The notes: generated by a model not told the origin, from the letters alone. A stretch of 64,000 nucleotides of DNA from Harriotta raleighana (GCA_050575255.1 JBNZDD010013686.1:3964801-4028800), one strand, 5' to 3'; positions 13,786 to 28,751 are shown, counted from the first letter of the stretch. Program-made: numbers and translations.

Positions 13786-15778
13786 CTCAACACTACCATA
13801 TTTTAAACTTGATTGTTTAGACCCTCAACATTCGATAGTTATGTGAATCTCCGAGCTCTGTGGGCTTCCCCAAGTTTAAAGTTTTAATTTACGTACTGTG
13901 ATGGTGAAATCAATGCAGACATCACAGTACAAAAAAACTTCCATGACAAGCATAGTAATACTAACTGTAATATAAATATTTCATAATTTTTAAACAACTT
14001 TACACTGCCTGCTTGTCCGCCTTGCCTTCTTGTTAATACATTTATACTAGCCCAATCCAGTGTACTTCTGTTTATTTTAACTTCATTCCCTTCTATCCAA
14101 TCTAAACAAACGTGTGTCTTTTTTTTAAGAAACATAAATTTAAAGCTTTTCCTGTGCTACTGTTGATTTTACCTTCAAATCCAAAATGCAAATTTGTGCT
14201 TTCTTGGCTGAAATTCAATGATAAAACTCAATTTTTTCACCGGTTAGAAATCTAAAAATTGATAATACTATCTTAAACACAATCAGGTCAGACTTTGATC
14301 TGATTTACTCATTTTGTCTACAGACCTGCTGTGATTCAGTGAATTTGTTTTGTTGGCAGAAATATACTGCGCCCACAAGATAATACTCTAGTGGCATAAC
14401 AAATGTAAATACAGTAAAAGGGGATGTTTTACATATTAAAAAAATGTTTTTTCTTAAGTGCAGCAATACTTGGGCTGTAATATTCTAATTATCTGGTGCC
14501 ACGTTTATTGCAGCTGCAACTTATCAGTATTTTCCAACGTAATTAACTTTAAGAGACTTTCTTTTGTATAATTAAGAAGAGCCAACGTTGGAATGAACCT
14601 TGTCATCTCTACGCAAGCTACAGCACAAGTCTTTATTGTAAATGACATTTACAATGGCTCCAGGAGCCCTATTAAATGCACATTCCTCTTTTACTTATTT
14701 GCGAGTTAGTGTAGAGCTTAGAATTATAGAAAATCAAAGGTTAGGTCTGGAATCAATTTTCATTTATTACTAAGAAGCTGTTATTGATGCTGTGCTCACT
14801 GCTCTGAAAATAGCTTTTGAAAGTAAGCTTTTATTGATTTCATCTAATATAAAAGAAAATTCACAAGTATTTCCAGCTGATTCTCTGAGAATGCAAATTT
14901 TTTTAATGGAACCTACAAGTGTCATTTAAAAAAAATCTCAACAGATATTATCATAAAACATATTGAAAAAAAAGCTTGCAGCTTTAAAAAGAGATACCCC
15001 ATTCAAGGTAAATTGTAGATGACTGTTGGCTTTGAAGATCAGAAGAAAGCATAAATCAATTTAATTATGGTCCGCATCTGTTCTTAAACTTTACTGTAAT
15101 TCACATCGATCTTGCTGGTTTCCTCCTGCTTTGGTGAATGCAGCAACAGGAGAAAACCTTCAAGCATCCCATTTCTAAATGTATATGTGCCATATCATTA
15201 ACCTAACAGAAAAAAGCTGTGGCACAATGGGCAGGGTAATAGTGCACAGACACACATGGAAATGGTACACGCATGGCATCCTCAATGTATCTTCCAGCTC
15301 AGAAATGATTGGGCTTGACATCTATGAAGCATACTTGCACAAGGAATATATCAGCTTTATTTGGTATTTAATGGGCATTGCAGAAAACACAAACTCTTTT
15401 TCCCCCTTCATTTCATAGATGTAACCACATTTGATTTTACAAAAAAAAATCATGATTTAAAAGTAAAATAGGAACAGCGACCAAATAACTGAAACGTTGT
15501 GGTTCCAAAGACCCATGTTTTCTTTGATTAAATTTGTTTTAAAGCTGAACCCAGCCATCTTTTAATTTGTCTCATTCAGGGGAGAGTAGTGTGTAACATG
15601 GTTTTGAACGCTGAGGCAGCATTTTGGAAGACCCTGATCAGGCCTTTGGCTGAGTTCCGGCAAGTAGTTAAAAAAAAAGTCAAAAAAATCATTTGGGAAA
15701 TTCTCAGCTTCTCCTGTGTATCCAACCCAAAATTGAACCAAATAAAGTCAAATAAGATTCCAAATCTTTTTCAAGAAC

Positions 15779-15807
15779 ACAACAACAACAACAACAACAA
15801 CAACAAC
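15779..15807. repeat. (AAC)n microsatellite; the (GTT)n tail of a minus-strand L2 end
   Basis: About 9-10 AAC units directly before tttgatttatatagcaccctccacg. Confidence 0.9.
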
Positions 15808-16070
15808 TTTGATTTATATAGCACCCTCCACGCCGGACGGCGTCTCAGAGCACGTCCTGATAGTACATAGCAATGCATTGACCACTTGCAACTGATATCT
15901 TGGTCATGCACATAAGACTTGATCAGAAGATCTGCTGCCAAAATCAAGGCACTGAAGTCTTATGTGCATGACCAAGATATCAGTTGCAAGTGGTCAATGC
16001 ATTGCTATGTACTATCAGGACGTGCTCTGAGACGCCGTCCGGCGTGGAGGGTGCTATATAAATCAAAGTT
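15805..16070. repeat. Perfect 116-bp inverted repeat (15805-15920 and 15955-16070, 34-bp spacer) including an L2 tail; ends at an N
   Basis: The arms are exact reverse complements; n at 16071. Confidence 0.95.
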
Positions 16071-19000
16071 NAATTTGGTAGATTTGGTACATTTCCATTG
16101 GCTCCCAATGGGACACCTCCACTTGCTGCCTTTTAGTTTTATGTTAGCTTTTCAATGTGGTGCAGTGATCCAGCATGACTTATTTGAGGATAGTTTGTTC
16201 CCTGAAATCAGGATCTTGGCATAACTATCACGTTTTCCAACCAGCAGTGTTAGGGTTAATAGAATTTGCCTGACAAGAATGGCTCGCACATTTTAGCCCC
16301 AGTTTCAAACCAGACCATGATCAAGCTCTGGTTCCTCTTGCAACTGGTTTTAGGTCACGCGCATTTCTTGCCGTTATGTTTCCAGTGGAATTCAACAGCT
16401 AGCCTTGTCTGCCTGAACTGGCCCTGGCATGAAACCTGTTCCAGCAGGGGTGTTGTTCTGAGGTAGAACTAATTTAGAATAAAACATTTATTTAATTCGA
16501 CATAAAAAAAAAATCCTGGTTTTGTGGTTTGACCTCGGTGTTGCCAGTGTGAGCAAAGTGGTGAGCAGCGAGCTGCTTTTAATTGTCAAATAATAGGATC
16601 ATTGGCTCTATTAAAATGCTGGAGTAAGAGCTGCACACAATCTGTCAATCTTGAGAGTCTGGCTTCCATGCTAGGCTCGATGTGTCTGTCCAACAGGCGA
16701 AAAGTGCTTTTTTTTTATCAAGGGCTTCTCAAACAGCTGTAACACATATCATGGTGTCAGCCAAATAGTGGAATTGGTAGCATTGCAGAAGTGTACATGA
16801 TTGAACTATTGTCACTTCTTACGGAACGTAAATAAAGAAGATATACTGACAGTAAAGTTTTTTTTAAAAACTTTGAAAAGTTTTGTCACATGGATGGCTA
16901 TATTATTATTTGGTTAGTTAACTGACCTACAATATAAAGAGGGAGATGTTTCTTTACCGAACCGTCTCAATTTTAAACACATTTGGTGTGCAGTTGTTTT
17001 AAGTTTTATAGTGCCTTTTCGTGTTTTAAAATGCTGCAAAAGCACTTCACAGACAGTCATCAACACAGTGAAATGACTGTTTTGTAGGTAAAGTGGGTGT
17101 GGGGTAGCCATTTGTGGAAGCAATTTTTCACTTAACATCCATGAGATGAACAGTAGGAACCATGCAGATTATTGACCAGAAAATAATCATCATTAACATT
17201 TTCAGGAGTAAGGCGAGAAAATGCAAGTAATAAGTGGGGGCAATATGGTTGCTGATAACTTTGCTAACCTAAGATGATATCTAGGAACGCTTCTTTAGCA
17301 TTATCAAGTGCACTTCCACTGAAATTGATTTCAAGATGCATCTGCCTCAGCAATAGAATAGAGATAGATTACACAGCAGGTTTAGCAGGATTTCCCAAAA
17401 GATGAGGGTGCTGGTTTTATTTGTAACTAATAAATGGAAATCTGCTGGGTAATCCACCACAGCTTCATATGAGTAATCACAGAAGCTCTTTCATGTATTC
17501 GCCCTAACTAGTTGCTGAGTAGCCAAACTGGTTATCGAGGGGAAAAAGACAATCAATTGCTCTCGATTACCTACCACAATCAAATTGCTCACTTTGGTGA
17601 ACAAATGAAGAGACAGAGACTTAAATTAAATGTACTTCATTAACAAATTATTGGGTGTACATAATGTTGCACCAGCAACACAAACCCATAGAGCTACTGA
17701 GATTCACGCAATAGGCGTGATTCAGATGAACTTATAAGAAATAAATTTTCCATCTCGTGAGTATGGATTTGTGTCAGTTGAGTCGTCAAATCTTATTGCG
17801 GCACTAAATGATTTAACATGAAGAGCCCATCACGGGGTACACAGGATTTACACACAATCAAATGGGTCCCACTGAAAAGAATTGTACAAAGACATGATTG
17901 TGTGAGGCAGCAAAGGAAACAGAGCATTAAACCTAAACTAATGAAATTGTTGTATAAGTGCAAAATACAGCAATGTCCAGGGGACTTAGCTAATTAGAAA
18001 TTTTTTAAAAACACAATATTGTGCAGGCACTGTTAAATTAAACTGCCGTATCATTGGCAATTATTTGGATCAAACCCACATATCAATAACATTGTCAGAT
18101 TATTTAAAAATAGATACGAAAGAAAACCAAAAATAATGGTACTGCACCAGGCTGACATTGACAGCTCTTATTTGCAGTGTTGGCAAGTAATTAACAATTC
18201 AGTCACTTTCTGTCTTTGGTGCGGTTTCTATTGCTGGAACAGTCTGATAGGCCCATAGGAACTGAGCTGGATATGTGTGTTTCAGGCGTGTGATTGAAGC
18301 TCTGGGTTGTAGAATACTTTGTTTTGTGGTGTAATTTGTTGCTTCTTTTCACTTGCAGTCTACGCTCTCTATATCCTTCTTTATTTCAAGGTATTAACTC
18401 CCTACTGTTTCTCTTGCATTTCCAGTTACATTTTTTTTTATCCCTGTAAAGATACCAAAGCCGCTCTTCAACAATCATATGAATATAAATGGGGAAGAAA
18501 GGTCAACTTGTCAAAGCTATATACTCTTTACATGGCTCAGGATAATACTAGAGACAAGGAGTCTTTGATTGACTTTTCTATTTTTCTCTTTTTTGTGATC
18601 TGCTTCTCATCCCTGGTTGAAAAAAGCAATAGAATGATTTCAACAATGTGACTTTAGGCCTTGCAAAGCTTAGCTGTTGAGAAATCATTCCTGATGTTAA
18701 AAATAACAACTGAAAAGTACAAAAACTCCTGATGCGCTTGTAAATGAATTCATCTTAGACACATATGCTTCGTGATTGAAGATTTGGCTTATTGAGTAGA
18801 GGGATAATGGTGGAGATGATTAAGGAGGCATTTTATCTGATGTGTTAAATTTAGCAATGATCAAAAAAGGAATCATTACACTATAAGCTAAGTGAAGATT
18901 GAATAAAGGAGATGCTTAAGCAACCTTGAACTTCATTTGCGAAAAGGTGTCCCTTGATATTCCTCTTCCAAAAATATAAAACATGACAGGTTAATTGTAC

Positions 19001-21646
19001 TTAGGTAAACTACTGTCTAAAATATATCCAGGAATATGTCAGTTTCATGAAATAAACAGCACCTTTTCAATTGCTGTAAGGATTTCAGACTGTTAAAATG
19101 ATTTGATGGACTACATTTTTGGAGGCATTGAGGCTGCATGCCTCCCGGCTGTGTTGCTTAGCAACATTTTAATTCAAGAAGGATCAAAAAGATGAAATCC
19201 CTATGGAGTTGAAAACAGAAATAAGACTGCAGTTGACAGATGATATGAGTTGTTTCATATAATATACTGTGAAGATCACTGAGTTCTTTCATGAATGATA
19301 AATGGACTGTACACAGATCAATGAGTTCTGCAATAAACTGGAACTGCGGTCCATATCTGAAGCAATACAGGTTGTGTAGCAAGGAAAACACTAGGAGATT
19401 TAGTCATTTAGACAATTTGTGTGTTTCAGCATTACGAGTGCAAGAGAAAATAACTGCCAGCATTTGACTGCCTTTTTCCCTTCCCTCTCTTAAATTGTCA
19501 TTCAAGTAAAATTCTGTCAAACTAGTCAACCCATTCCACGTGATTTTCAGCTTGATTGGTCGCAGAATTTTACCTTTCAGTTCGAAACAATGCCATTTTC
19601 CTTGGTGATATTGCAGTTAAAATGATTTTTCACAAGCAATAAAGTATCGATATATTGCACTGTTACATTTTTCATTTTCAGTTTTTTTTCTTGGCTTTTG
19701 TAAAGGAATCAAGAAATGCCCTAGAACATTGCCTGTTACTATTGCATCTCTTATGTACTTTTAAAATAAACATTTAAACCATTGTTTTTATTGATAATTT
19801 TTTTAAAAAGCGGATTAACGGTGATTGTGATCTATTAAAATAATCTTTGTACCTTTATGTGAAAAAGTGCACCATTGTCAGTTGTACTGAAACAACTAGG
19901 AATTATAATTATTAACATGAAAAATTCATTATCAAATGAAAAATTTCAATCGGAGAGAATTTCGTACAATCCGCCCCACATAAAATCCAACGTTTTGTAC
20001 AATATTTTATTGGAGGCGAGTATAGTCCCTTTACCTTCCATTCAGATACAAATTCATTTCTTAGAGCACTTCTTTGAATGTAATGCTAAATGCAGAATGT
20101 TTTTCTGGGGCGGTGGGGGTGGGATGGATGTGCACGTTTAATCCAAATTTGTTTGACGCTTTTATAATCAGTCACGAGTGAGCAGCAAGATCATTTACTT
20201 TACACATTTGGCAAAAACTACCTGTTAACATTTGTTAGTGATGACCAGCTTGCATTACTGCAATAAAAACATGCACTAAATTTACCAAATAAATGACACA
20301 ACAGTAACTGGTTTTGGGCATTAATTTGCATTCTTTCCCCCACTGATTTATAATTTGACCATATTTTTTTAAAACGTAGAATTACCTATTGTCAAATACA
20401 TAATTTTTTGCAATACAGTGCGTACCTAGTAACTTGAATTGCGTCATGCAACTTGTTCTCTGCAAATCACAAGAGAAAGTGTAGAAATTGCTCAAATGTT
20501 GTTTGAAAGAAAATTAAGGGATGTTAGCCCTGGGGAAAGGGAAGATGATTCTGAAATAGTGTTTATTGAGTTTGGTAATCGTCCTGGAGGTGAACACACA
20601 GTGTGCCACTGCAACCTCACTGTAAGGAGTTGCCTATGGGACAGGATGGGGGTCGATAACAGCAATACATCTCCAAAGGTGCCCACATCCAATATAAATT
20701 TTACAATGCAAACATGTGTCTTTATAACAGCAGTTGTTAGTGCTTTTAATTTCCTATTAACAAGAAAATAACATGCACTGCATTTCACAAATCCCTCGCC
20801 TTCAATCATTTACCATGGAGAACAGAACAAATTGTTTTATGTCATTACTGCACATTACGCAGACTTTTGATAGCTGTCAAATATAACAAACAGCCACTTC
20901 CATTGCTGTCATCACATCCACTAACATCATATTGCAAGAGACAGACAGGAACACTGAAACTGATTATTTAATTCTATTTTCCTACATATGAGTTCTAAGA
21001 CTCATTCTTTGGATAATTCCTGTCTCGTATTACTTGTGGATTGAAATGGTGTTTCAAATAACAGATAGTTCAAAACGTTTAGATTTATGGCTTGCCTAAT
21101 CATTACACAGAAGTAGTTACTCTTATCAATAACTACACAGTAACTCTTAAGCAGTATGTAAAATGAACGGGAAGGATATTGTCAGTATATAATTGAATAT
21201 TTACTAATTGGTGTTAATAAAGTAAAAAAAAAATCAAACTTTATCTGCCTGGGTATCGTTTGCAACCATTTCAACAAATGTGATCAAACTGAGAAGCCAC
21301 TTAATGCTTGTATCATATCCTCTCTTTAATCCTAACTATTGTAATTATAGAACAATGGCAATTTGATCTTGCATTATGTCATTTAGATTGAAAATTCAAT
21401 TGCCATGAAATAAAAGCAAACTTAACCATTTATAATAAACATGCATCTGGGGGAAATACACAAGTGGCAAGAGTTTTTCATTTGGTTTAGAAATAATATT
21501 TGTAAAAGCGTATATGTTATGTTTCTTCCGATTATTCTGTGGTTTGGGAAACACATTGATTTGCTGCAGAATTAAAAGGCTCTCAGTGCTACAGCACTAA
21601 TGTACAGAGCAGTGTCAAGAAATTTTTTTTTTTTTGTCCTTTACAG

Positions 21647-21681
21647 GCAGAGAAAACTAAGATTCGTTCCATTCCTGTCAA
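21647..21681 (+). CDS. AFF2: AFF2 small coding exon (35 nt, phase 0 to 2): AEKTKIRSIPV(N)
   Basis: Long T tract plus gtcctttacag acceptor; donor aa|gtaagt; phases bridge the flanking exons; resembles recalled human AVEKAKPRNNPVN. Confidence 0.85.
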
Positions 21682-23317
21682 GTAAGTTTCACTCTTTATA
21701 TTGAGATGTTCTTGCTGCCATCCGTAATCGAAACGAACGATCAAATATTTGTTATGTTTGAGAGATATTTATGTTCTTTAAATGATTCAGGTGAAGTGAT
21801 TACACAAACATGACATTGCTATTCACCCATTTCCACCTGGAGGGCAAATGTTCTACGGTAGCCATAAATTATCCAATTGAATGCAATGCAATTTGTGCTT
21901 TTGTTTGAGTAACACTGTGTCAGCAGATTTACTCACTGACTCCAATCAATTTGAAATTGTCTCTGTTGTTTTTCTTAAGTGAGCTGTCGCAAATGTATTT
22001 AAAAAAAAAATCTTTAGCCTCCTTTAGGCGAAAATACTATTGTATAGTCCGTCAGTTCCCCTCAATGTTTATGTGACATGAGTCTGAATGTTTGGTGAAT
22101 TGCTATAAACCCATTCAACATTAAGGTAATGGTCCCCAAACACTCATGTACTGTATATAACAATGTGTAATTGGAAGGAAAGCAAGAATCAAATGCTTGA
22201 AGTGGAAACACACTAGCCTTGCATTACAGTTCATCTACATGTTATATACATGTGATATGGCCAACAGAATCCACTTGTTCTGTAATGTATGTAAATGAAT
22301 CCAAAGTAGCAATTGTGTCAGTAAGCTTGGGAGCAGCGAGCTATGGTTGGCAAATATTAATGCAGTGTATTGGTGTTTGGCATGTGTCATCGTTGCAACA
22401 GTGTTAGAATGGTCGGTTTTCTGGTTTGGATTCATTTATTTTACTTTGTTTGAGAGATTATTTACACCAGTCTTTCACTCGCAATTATGATTAATCGTAT
22501 TTGAACTATGCTTGTATTCGGCATCATATGTTTAAGCATTTTAAGTGTCCTTAGGCAACAGGATTATTACACAGTACCAAATTATAATGCTTGTTGGAGA
22601 GACTTCTGCTAGTAGAGACATTATCCAGGCATTTTTCTTTGGAATAGATGTTAAGGTTTATTGCCTTGACATGAATATTTTCCAACTAAGTTGCAGATAC
22701 CGCACTGCGAATTTGTTCAGTATGCAAATACAGTAGTTAAATAAAGTTTGGTTAATTCCCGAGATTTGAATTAATGAAACTTTAATCTTGAACTCGGTTT
22801 TTAAAAATGTAACAGCACAGAGATAAAGTCACAAGGTTGTTCTTCTGTCTATTGAGAATATGAACCCGATGTAGCTCTCAGTGATTCAAGACTTGAAGTT
22901 TGCAAATCTAAATGGATTATGAGCTGGCACGAGGGCTCACAAATCAAAAAGCCTGAAAAGTCAAACAAAAGGTCAGAAAGCAAAATGAATTGCAAATTTG
23001 TTGTTGAACTTTGTAGAGGATTGGGCAATTTCGGGCACAAACCAGAAGTCACAATTAGCATAGTGGTTTGCATTTTCAACCTCCTATTGTTTTATGCCCC
23101 TTGAAGCTTAAGCCCTTTTAACGTAGATTTATTCCTTCCTATTTAAATTTTATCCTGGTTCCACTCGCATGCTCACAAAATGTTTTGTAAATGCTCATTA
23201 TAATTCAGGCCCCAAACATGTTTATGTCTGGTAGTAGCAACCTTATAATTTACCCTTATTTTTCCAAATGAATTGTATGTTTAACTATTGTTTTCGCTTT
23301 ACCTGCAAAATTATTCA

Positions 23318-23434
23318 TTTTGCCCTCAAAATACAGTTATTCCCATTTACAATATAGCCTATAAAGCACTTTGAGACATTTGGATAACACATTAAGGTGC
23401 TGTATCAAATGCAAGGATTATTATTAATTATTAT
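23318..23434 (+). mobile_element. Family A SINE 3' fragment (diverged)
   Basis: aagcactttgagac...tatcaaatgcaaggattattatt. Confidence 0.75.
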
Positions 23435-24159
23435 ATTGTAATGATACCAACCTTCTACAAGATCTGTGGATTAAAGTGAGGAAGAATTGATGTACTTATG
23501 CATTATCCATCATATCATCAGGCATAACTGCAGGTAAAATCTGTTATCTGAGCGCATCCTGAATGTTATAGGTCAATCTAAATAGAATAATGGTATAACG
23601 TCATTAGCAATAAACGTTGCAGTGAAAACATTTGGTAAAATTGCCTCCAGAGACAAATTAAAACAGATACTTTAGACTTTTCAGTGCGAACCAACCATAT
23701 GTTCAATATGACACATATTTTCATAACACAAATTTATTATTAGGCCACAATGACATTAAACTTTTATAAATGTAATTTGGCTCACAGACAGATATTGATA
23801 CAACTCATTCAAAAACTGATGCACTTTTGACATTTGCTTGAATCAAGTGAATGACCACTTATATTTTCTGTGGATTCTGCTCTTAGTTTTCAAATGTCAG
23901 TATAGCAGTAAAAGATTTGAGAAATGGGCAAAATGTTTCCAAAAGGGCAGCGGAGGCTCATTTTCTATGATTGCAAGGATTTCTCTTTTTTGTTGTTGAT
24001 GCCAAAAGATTCTTTTGATTCAAAATTCTACCGAGGTCAACTCATCCGACAATCCCACTTATGTTTCTGCGGGTGATCACGATCAGGCTGTTGTTTCAAG
24101 ACTGTGTACTGCCAACAGTGAATTCATTAGTTATTGAAAGCTGCAGTATTCAGGAATCA

Positions 24160-24285
24160 AACAAGAAAGCAAGGGAGAAAGAAAGAAGGAGAGAGAATGA
24201 AAGAGTCGTAGAAAAAGACAGAAACAAAGAAAATAAGAGAGAGAGAAAGAACAACAGAGAAAAAATGAAACAGACAGAAATAAAT
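24160..24285 (+). repeat. Low-complexity purine-rich (GA/AAAG) tract
   Basis: Almost only A/G; explains the spurious ORFs 24061..24399 and 24131..24346. Confidence 0.8.
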
Positions 24286-24417
24286 AACTTGTACTTTTAT
24301 AGAACCTTATCACAGAACATCTTGAACACGTTGAATTTATCTTCAAGTGTAATGATTGGATTTATGGGTAGCCATTACCACCATTTCAAGGTCCCGTAAA
24401 CAGTTAGGAGTTGAATG

Positions 24418-24670
24418 ATCCAGTTCAAAATCCTCGTTCTAACCTTTGAATCTCTTGCCCCACCCTAGCTCTGTGAACTTCTCGTATCCTACCAACCCTC
24501 CACTCAGCAGTCACCAACCTGCTTCTCATCCCCCCGTTCCATCAGTGGTTGGACTTTGAGCGATTCTGCCCCCATTCACTGGATCTCCATCCTCCAGTCC
24601 CTTCGAATCGCACCTTTTTTCATCTCTTTGATGGTCTTCCACCTGCCTAACACATTGGCCCCCTCTCCCT
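24418..24670 (+). mobile_element. Old decayed L2-type ORF2 fragment
   Basis: Translates IQFKILVLTFESLAPP*LCELLVSYQP, then SDSAPIHWISILQSLR; compare L2 RIxFKILLLxYKAL..APxYLxELL and APxxWNSLP. Confidence 0.6.
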
Positions 24671-25385
24671 CGCCCATCCCAACAGCAGCTTGGGTGAAAA
24701 CCATGGATAGTGTTGAGTGTCTTGGTATTTCATCCCGCCAGGAAAAATTGTATTTGCATTTGAGGATGATGAGTCGAGTTTATTACACAGTGTGCGGTTT
24801 CCCCTGCTGTTAAGTATTATTTGGCATGAATTGCAAAAATATGTCAAGCCAAACAAGGTCTTAGTCTTTTTAACTTGTTACTCTGCATACATTGCTATTA
24901 ACTAAACATCGTTGAAAGTTCAAGTACTCAACCTGACTGGCCTTGTTCTTATAGATTCAAGAACTGAAGTTGTAACCTATCTCTAACAAGAGGTTTTCAT
25001 TGCATGAGAAATGATGTGTAACTGGCCCATAAGACTCATTAAGTTTAATCGCCAATCGCGCAAAGTTATTTCAATTCTTCTCAACCAATCGTGCCAGCTG
25101 TACTTCATCTCTATATGAATGATTGGAATTCTTCCTGTAGGGTCACTTGGTTAACTGCTGGAAATAAACCCGGCGTTTTCCTTCTCTTTAAAGACTTCGT
25201 ATCAGCTCGTCTGCAAGATAGATGATCTGCTTGAGTAGTTAATTGTCCTGTCTAAAAAACGACAATTCCAATCGAAACTGTTCTTTTCCAAACAGCCCTT
25301 CTTCCTTTAAGATACTTACTTTAAAAAGTGTGGGGAATGAATTGGTGGCCAAGCAAGCAGGTATCCCATTCGAGGAATGTCATTA

Positions 25386-25581
25386 CTTGGGCAAGTTTCC
25401 TTACTCCACACGCCTAATAATAATCCCTCCAACAAAAAACAATAATTAATTGGTCATTTCAATCCACGACCGTTTGTAAACAAGTAAACAGGCAATTCAC
25501 TTTACAGTATAATCTGTGAAGCACTTTGAGACGTCTAGAAGACGTGAAAAACGCTATCTCAAATGCAAGGATTATTATTAT
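25386..25581 (+). mobile_element. Family A SINE lacking the tRNA head
   Basis: cttgggcaagtttccttactccacacgcc...aaatgcaaggattattatt. Confidence 0.85.
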
Positions 25582-26502
25582 AATGTACCCTGGGATCAAT
25601 ATATGATGAGCAGATTATAACGTTTGTTTACAAATTTGCTTTCAGCAATCTGCTCAGCAAACCATGCATGAGTACCTAAGACTTGAGTCCAGAATTTCAC
25701 AGGTCTCAGCCACTTCTGGCAGTTTATAACCTATCTAATAGGTCTGTAAGAATGGAGAGATCCTTCAATTGCTGTAAACCTCATTCACAGATGTCCATAG
25801 TGGGATTAGGAATGCATTTTACAGAGAAATGTAAGGGGCAACATGTCATCCGAATGTATTCCATCCGTTATGAATAGGCTATAACAGCTAGCATTGAAAA
25901 TTACTATGTGCCAACAAAAAAAAATGACTTGGAAGTAAATCACAGATTGTTGAATTGCAACTGCTTATTATATTTGGTGCATGCCGACCTCAACAGATCA
26001 GGGTTACCTGGTGTTGTGGACCAAGCAAGAGGTGTCCAAGGATGTTTAGCTAAGTGTTTCTCTCCCTTCTCCTGGAGTCTTGGTAAATGCATACATGCGT
26101 GTGCTTCTCTGTGGAGCCAAATCTCTGTTCATTTTCAAGTTGTTTTCCCCACGCATTCTTTATGATGCCTGTGCCAAGCAATGTACCAAGTGCTGCCAAC
26201 AAGCAGGGAGGTGACTGCTCTCAGGCCTCTGCCAGAGGTTCTAGGAGCAGTCTAGGGCTATAATTTGCTGCTGACCTCCCCTCCCACTGTCATGGCAATG
26301 ACTGAAATCAGGAACTCGGATTTGTCAGTAAGCACTATTTGATTCCCAGCGAGAGGTCTGCAATGCCTCATTCACGTAAAAGAGCAGGACTTGCTTGCAG
26401 CTCTGGTAGAGTGAATCTATTGCCTCGTTCATAATGCACGGTTCATGGTAATTTTCGACTTTGGCACAAATTCTGTCCCAAAGGTGCAATAAATCAGATG
26501 GT

Positions 26503-26945
26503 GTGTCAGCCTGGCTCAGTTGGTAGCACTCTCGCTCCTAAGTCAATAGGTTGTGAGTTCAAGCTTTGTGTCGGGGCTTTGAATTCATAGTCTAGGCTGA
26601 CACTCCGATGCATTGTGCCATATTGTTGGTGGCTCTGTACTTCGAATGAGATGTAAAACTGAATTCCCATCTGGTGGATTGCTAAAGATTATTTGGTATT
26701 ATTCAAAAAGAAAAGGGAGTTTCTCCTCGAGTACTGGCGAACAATCCCCCCCTCCCCCAAATAAAACTGGTCATTCACTTCATGGCTGTTTGTGGGACTT
26801 TGTGGTAAATTGGCTGCTGCCAATACACAGTCACTACAATTTATAGTATACCCTGGGAAGTGCTCTGAATGTTCTGACACAAAAGTATTATATCAAATGT
26901 AAGGATTAGTGCGCATGTATAAAATGCAAGGATCAGTTATTATTT
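26503..26945 (+). mobile_element. Older full-length DeuSINE-type element (tRNA head plus long Deu-domain-like body), tail duplicated
   Basis: tggctcagttggtagcactctcgcc head; gtctaggctgacactcc...gatgtaaaactga...gggagtttctcc body recalls the AmnSINE1/SacSINE1 Deu domain (from memory); same 3' tail as family A. Confidence 0.75.
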
Positions 26946-28606
26946 ATGAAGGAAGGAAGTGTTTTCAGGTGTGGTTGAATTCCCTCTAGTGCAATATAAA
27001 TGTAACCGGTGGAAGTTGAATTCAGCTCCACTTCCCTGCGGCCCCTTGAAAACTCTTGGGATGATTTTTTAAAAAAGAATCAGTCAAGTGACATGAAAGG
27101 ATTACCTCCTGACTTGGAGTTTCATACATTCCCTCCCTTATCAATAGACATGGGGGACTCTCTCGGGATGACATTTTGAGAAGTTTCATAACAGATTTGA
27201 AGTGATAATTCTGGTGGTGATAATTATCACTTGGAATCCATTATGAAATCGAGCAAATTCATCCCATTGTGTGCTCATATTTGTTAGTCGCAGTACGATG
27301 TAAAGCTAGGGATACAATTCAAGCCTCCAGATCCTCGGGGCTATATTATTGGCCGAGAAATCACTTTCTAGCAATGTGAACCCAGCTTAAGTGCAAACAA
27401 CCTGTTAAATGAATACAATTCCAGGAGGTCTTAGTTCAAAGCGGGGAGACTAAAGGCATTCTAATGGTGCAGTGAGACAAGATTCTCTTTTCTGATCGAG
27501 CCTGCTGTTATATTATCAGGAAAAGAAAGTCTGGGGATATCACAACTGTTGACTGACATTATAATCTGGCCTGAGAATTTGCAGAAGGCTGAACAATTGC
27601 ACAGTGAAAAACTGGAATCTCTAGCACAGGTGCAGTATCCCGGGAAAGGTCTAACCACCCAATAAATCAGACAGAAATGCATCGTGCAAGAGAGGACTTC
27701 TGTCTTTGTGATCTGTCTCAAGTTTACATCAGTGGTTTATGAGTCTCATGTCGGACTGCTGAGTCCATATTGAAACATTACCACACAAACTTTCCTCCCA
27801 CTGGGTTGCAGGATGATCGTTGCTCATTCACTTTGTGTCTGCTCTGTCTTTTCCTTGGCTTGTCTGTCTCCAACAATTTTTTTTTGCTTCTCTCCAGCAC
27901 TCATTTCCGCCCCTCTTTCACTTTCCTGATGTTTCTACCGCTTCAAAGTTCTCAATTGCAGTTCTATTTGACACAGCTCCCTGCTGCGAATTGTGTGACT
28001 CGACATTTCAGACTGTGCTCTCATCGACACTAAGGTGTGATAAATTGCTATACAGACTGTATGAACCTGTGAACTCTCTCCACTCCATATACAGTAGAAC
28101 ACATCCAACATCTTTAAAATACAATAAAAATTGTCTTATTTTATACTGAGATCGGTGATTAAACAATTATCGTGCCAAACTTAATGGTGAATTGCAGTCA
28201 CTCATAGATCACTTCCATGGTAACAAATGTTCCATGACTGTCAATATATTTTTCTCCATAATCCACTCTGTTTTGACCTCTTGTTTGCTTTGTGTGAGTT
28301 GTATCTATTTCAGTCATTCCATCATGTTTTGCTATTCATTTATTAAATTAAATAATACTTGGTTTTGATATGGCATCTTTCACATCAGGTGGACGTCTCA
28401 AAACGTTTCACGGGATGTGACTGTAAATTGTGTGCTAACGTGACGGACAATTTGTAACAACAAATGTTCCCTAAACAGCCAAGTATTCTTATACTCCTCC
28501 TGACATCCTTCCAACGTGAAAGGCACTACACAAATGTAATTTTGTTGTTATATAAACTTAAGCTTACATAACACTTCCACCAGGACTTTCTTGCTAAAGC
28601 CCTTTC

Positions 28607-28751
28607 TGCTAAAGACCTTTCTTTTTGACCGCGCTTTCGATCATTTTTTTCCCCCTCCCCCTGGCTCGGCCCCGGGATCCATTATTGGGGAAATGCTCTG
28701 AGACGCAGTCCGGTTTGGAGGATGCTATATAAATCCAAGTTGTTGTTGTTG
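28607..28751 (+). mobile_element. Same L2-type LINE 3' end, shorter copy
   Basis: gaccgcgctttc...ccccctccccctggc...gggatcc...tatataaatccaagttgttgttg, similar to 58305-58447. Confidence 0.85.
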
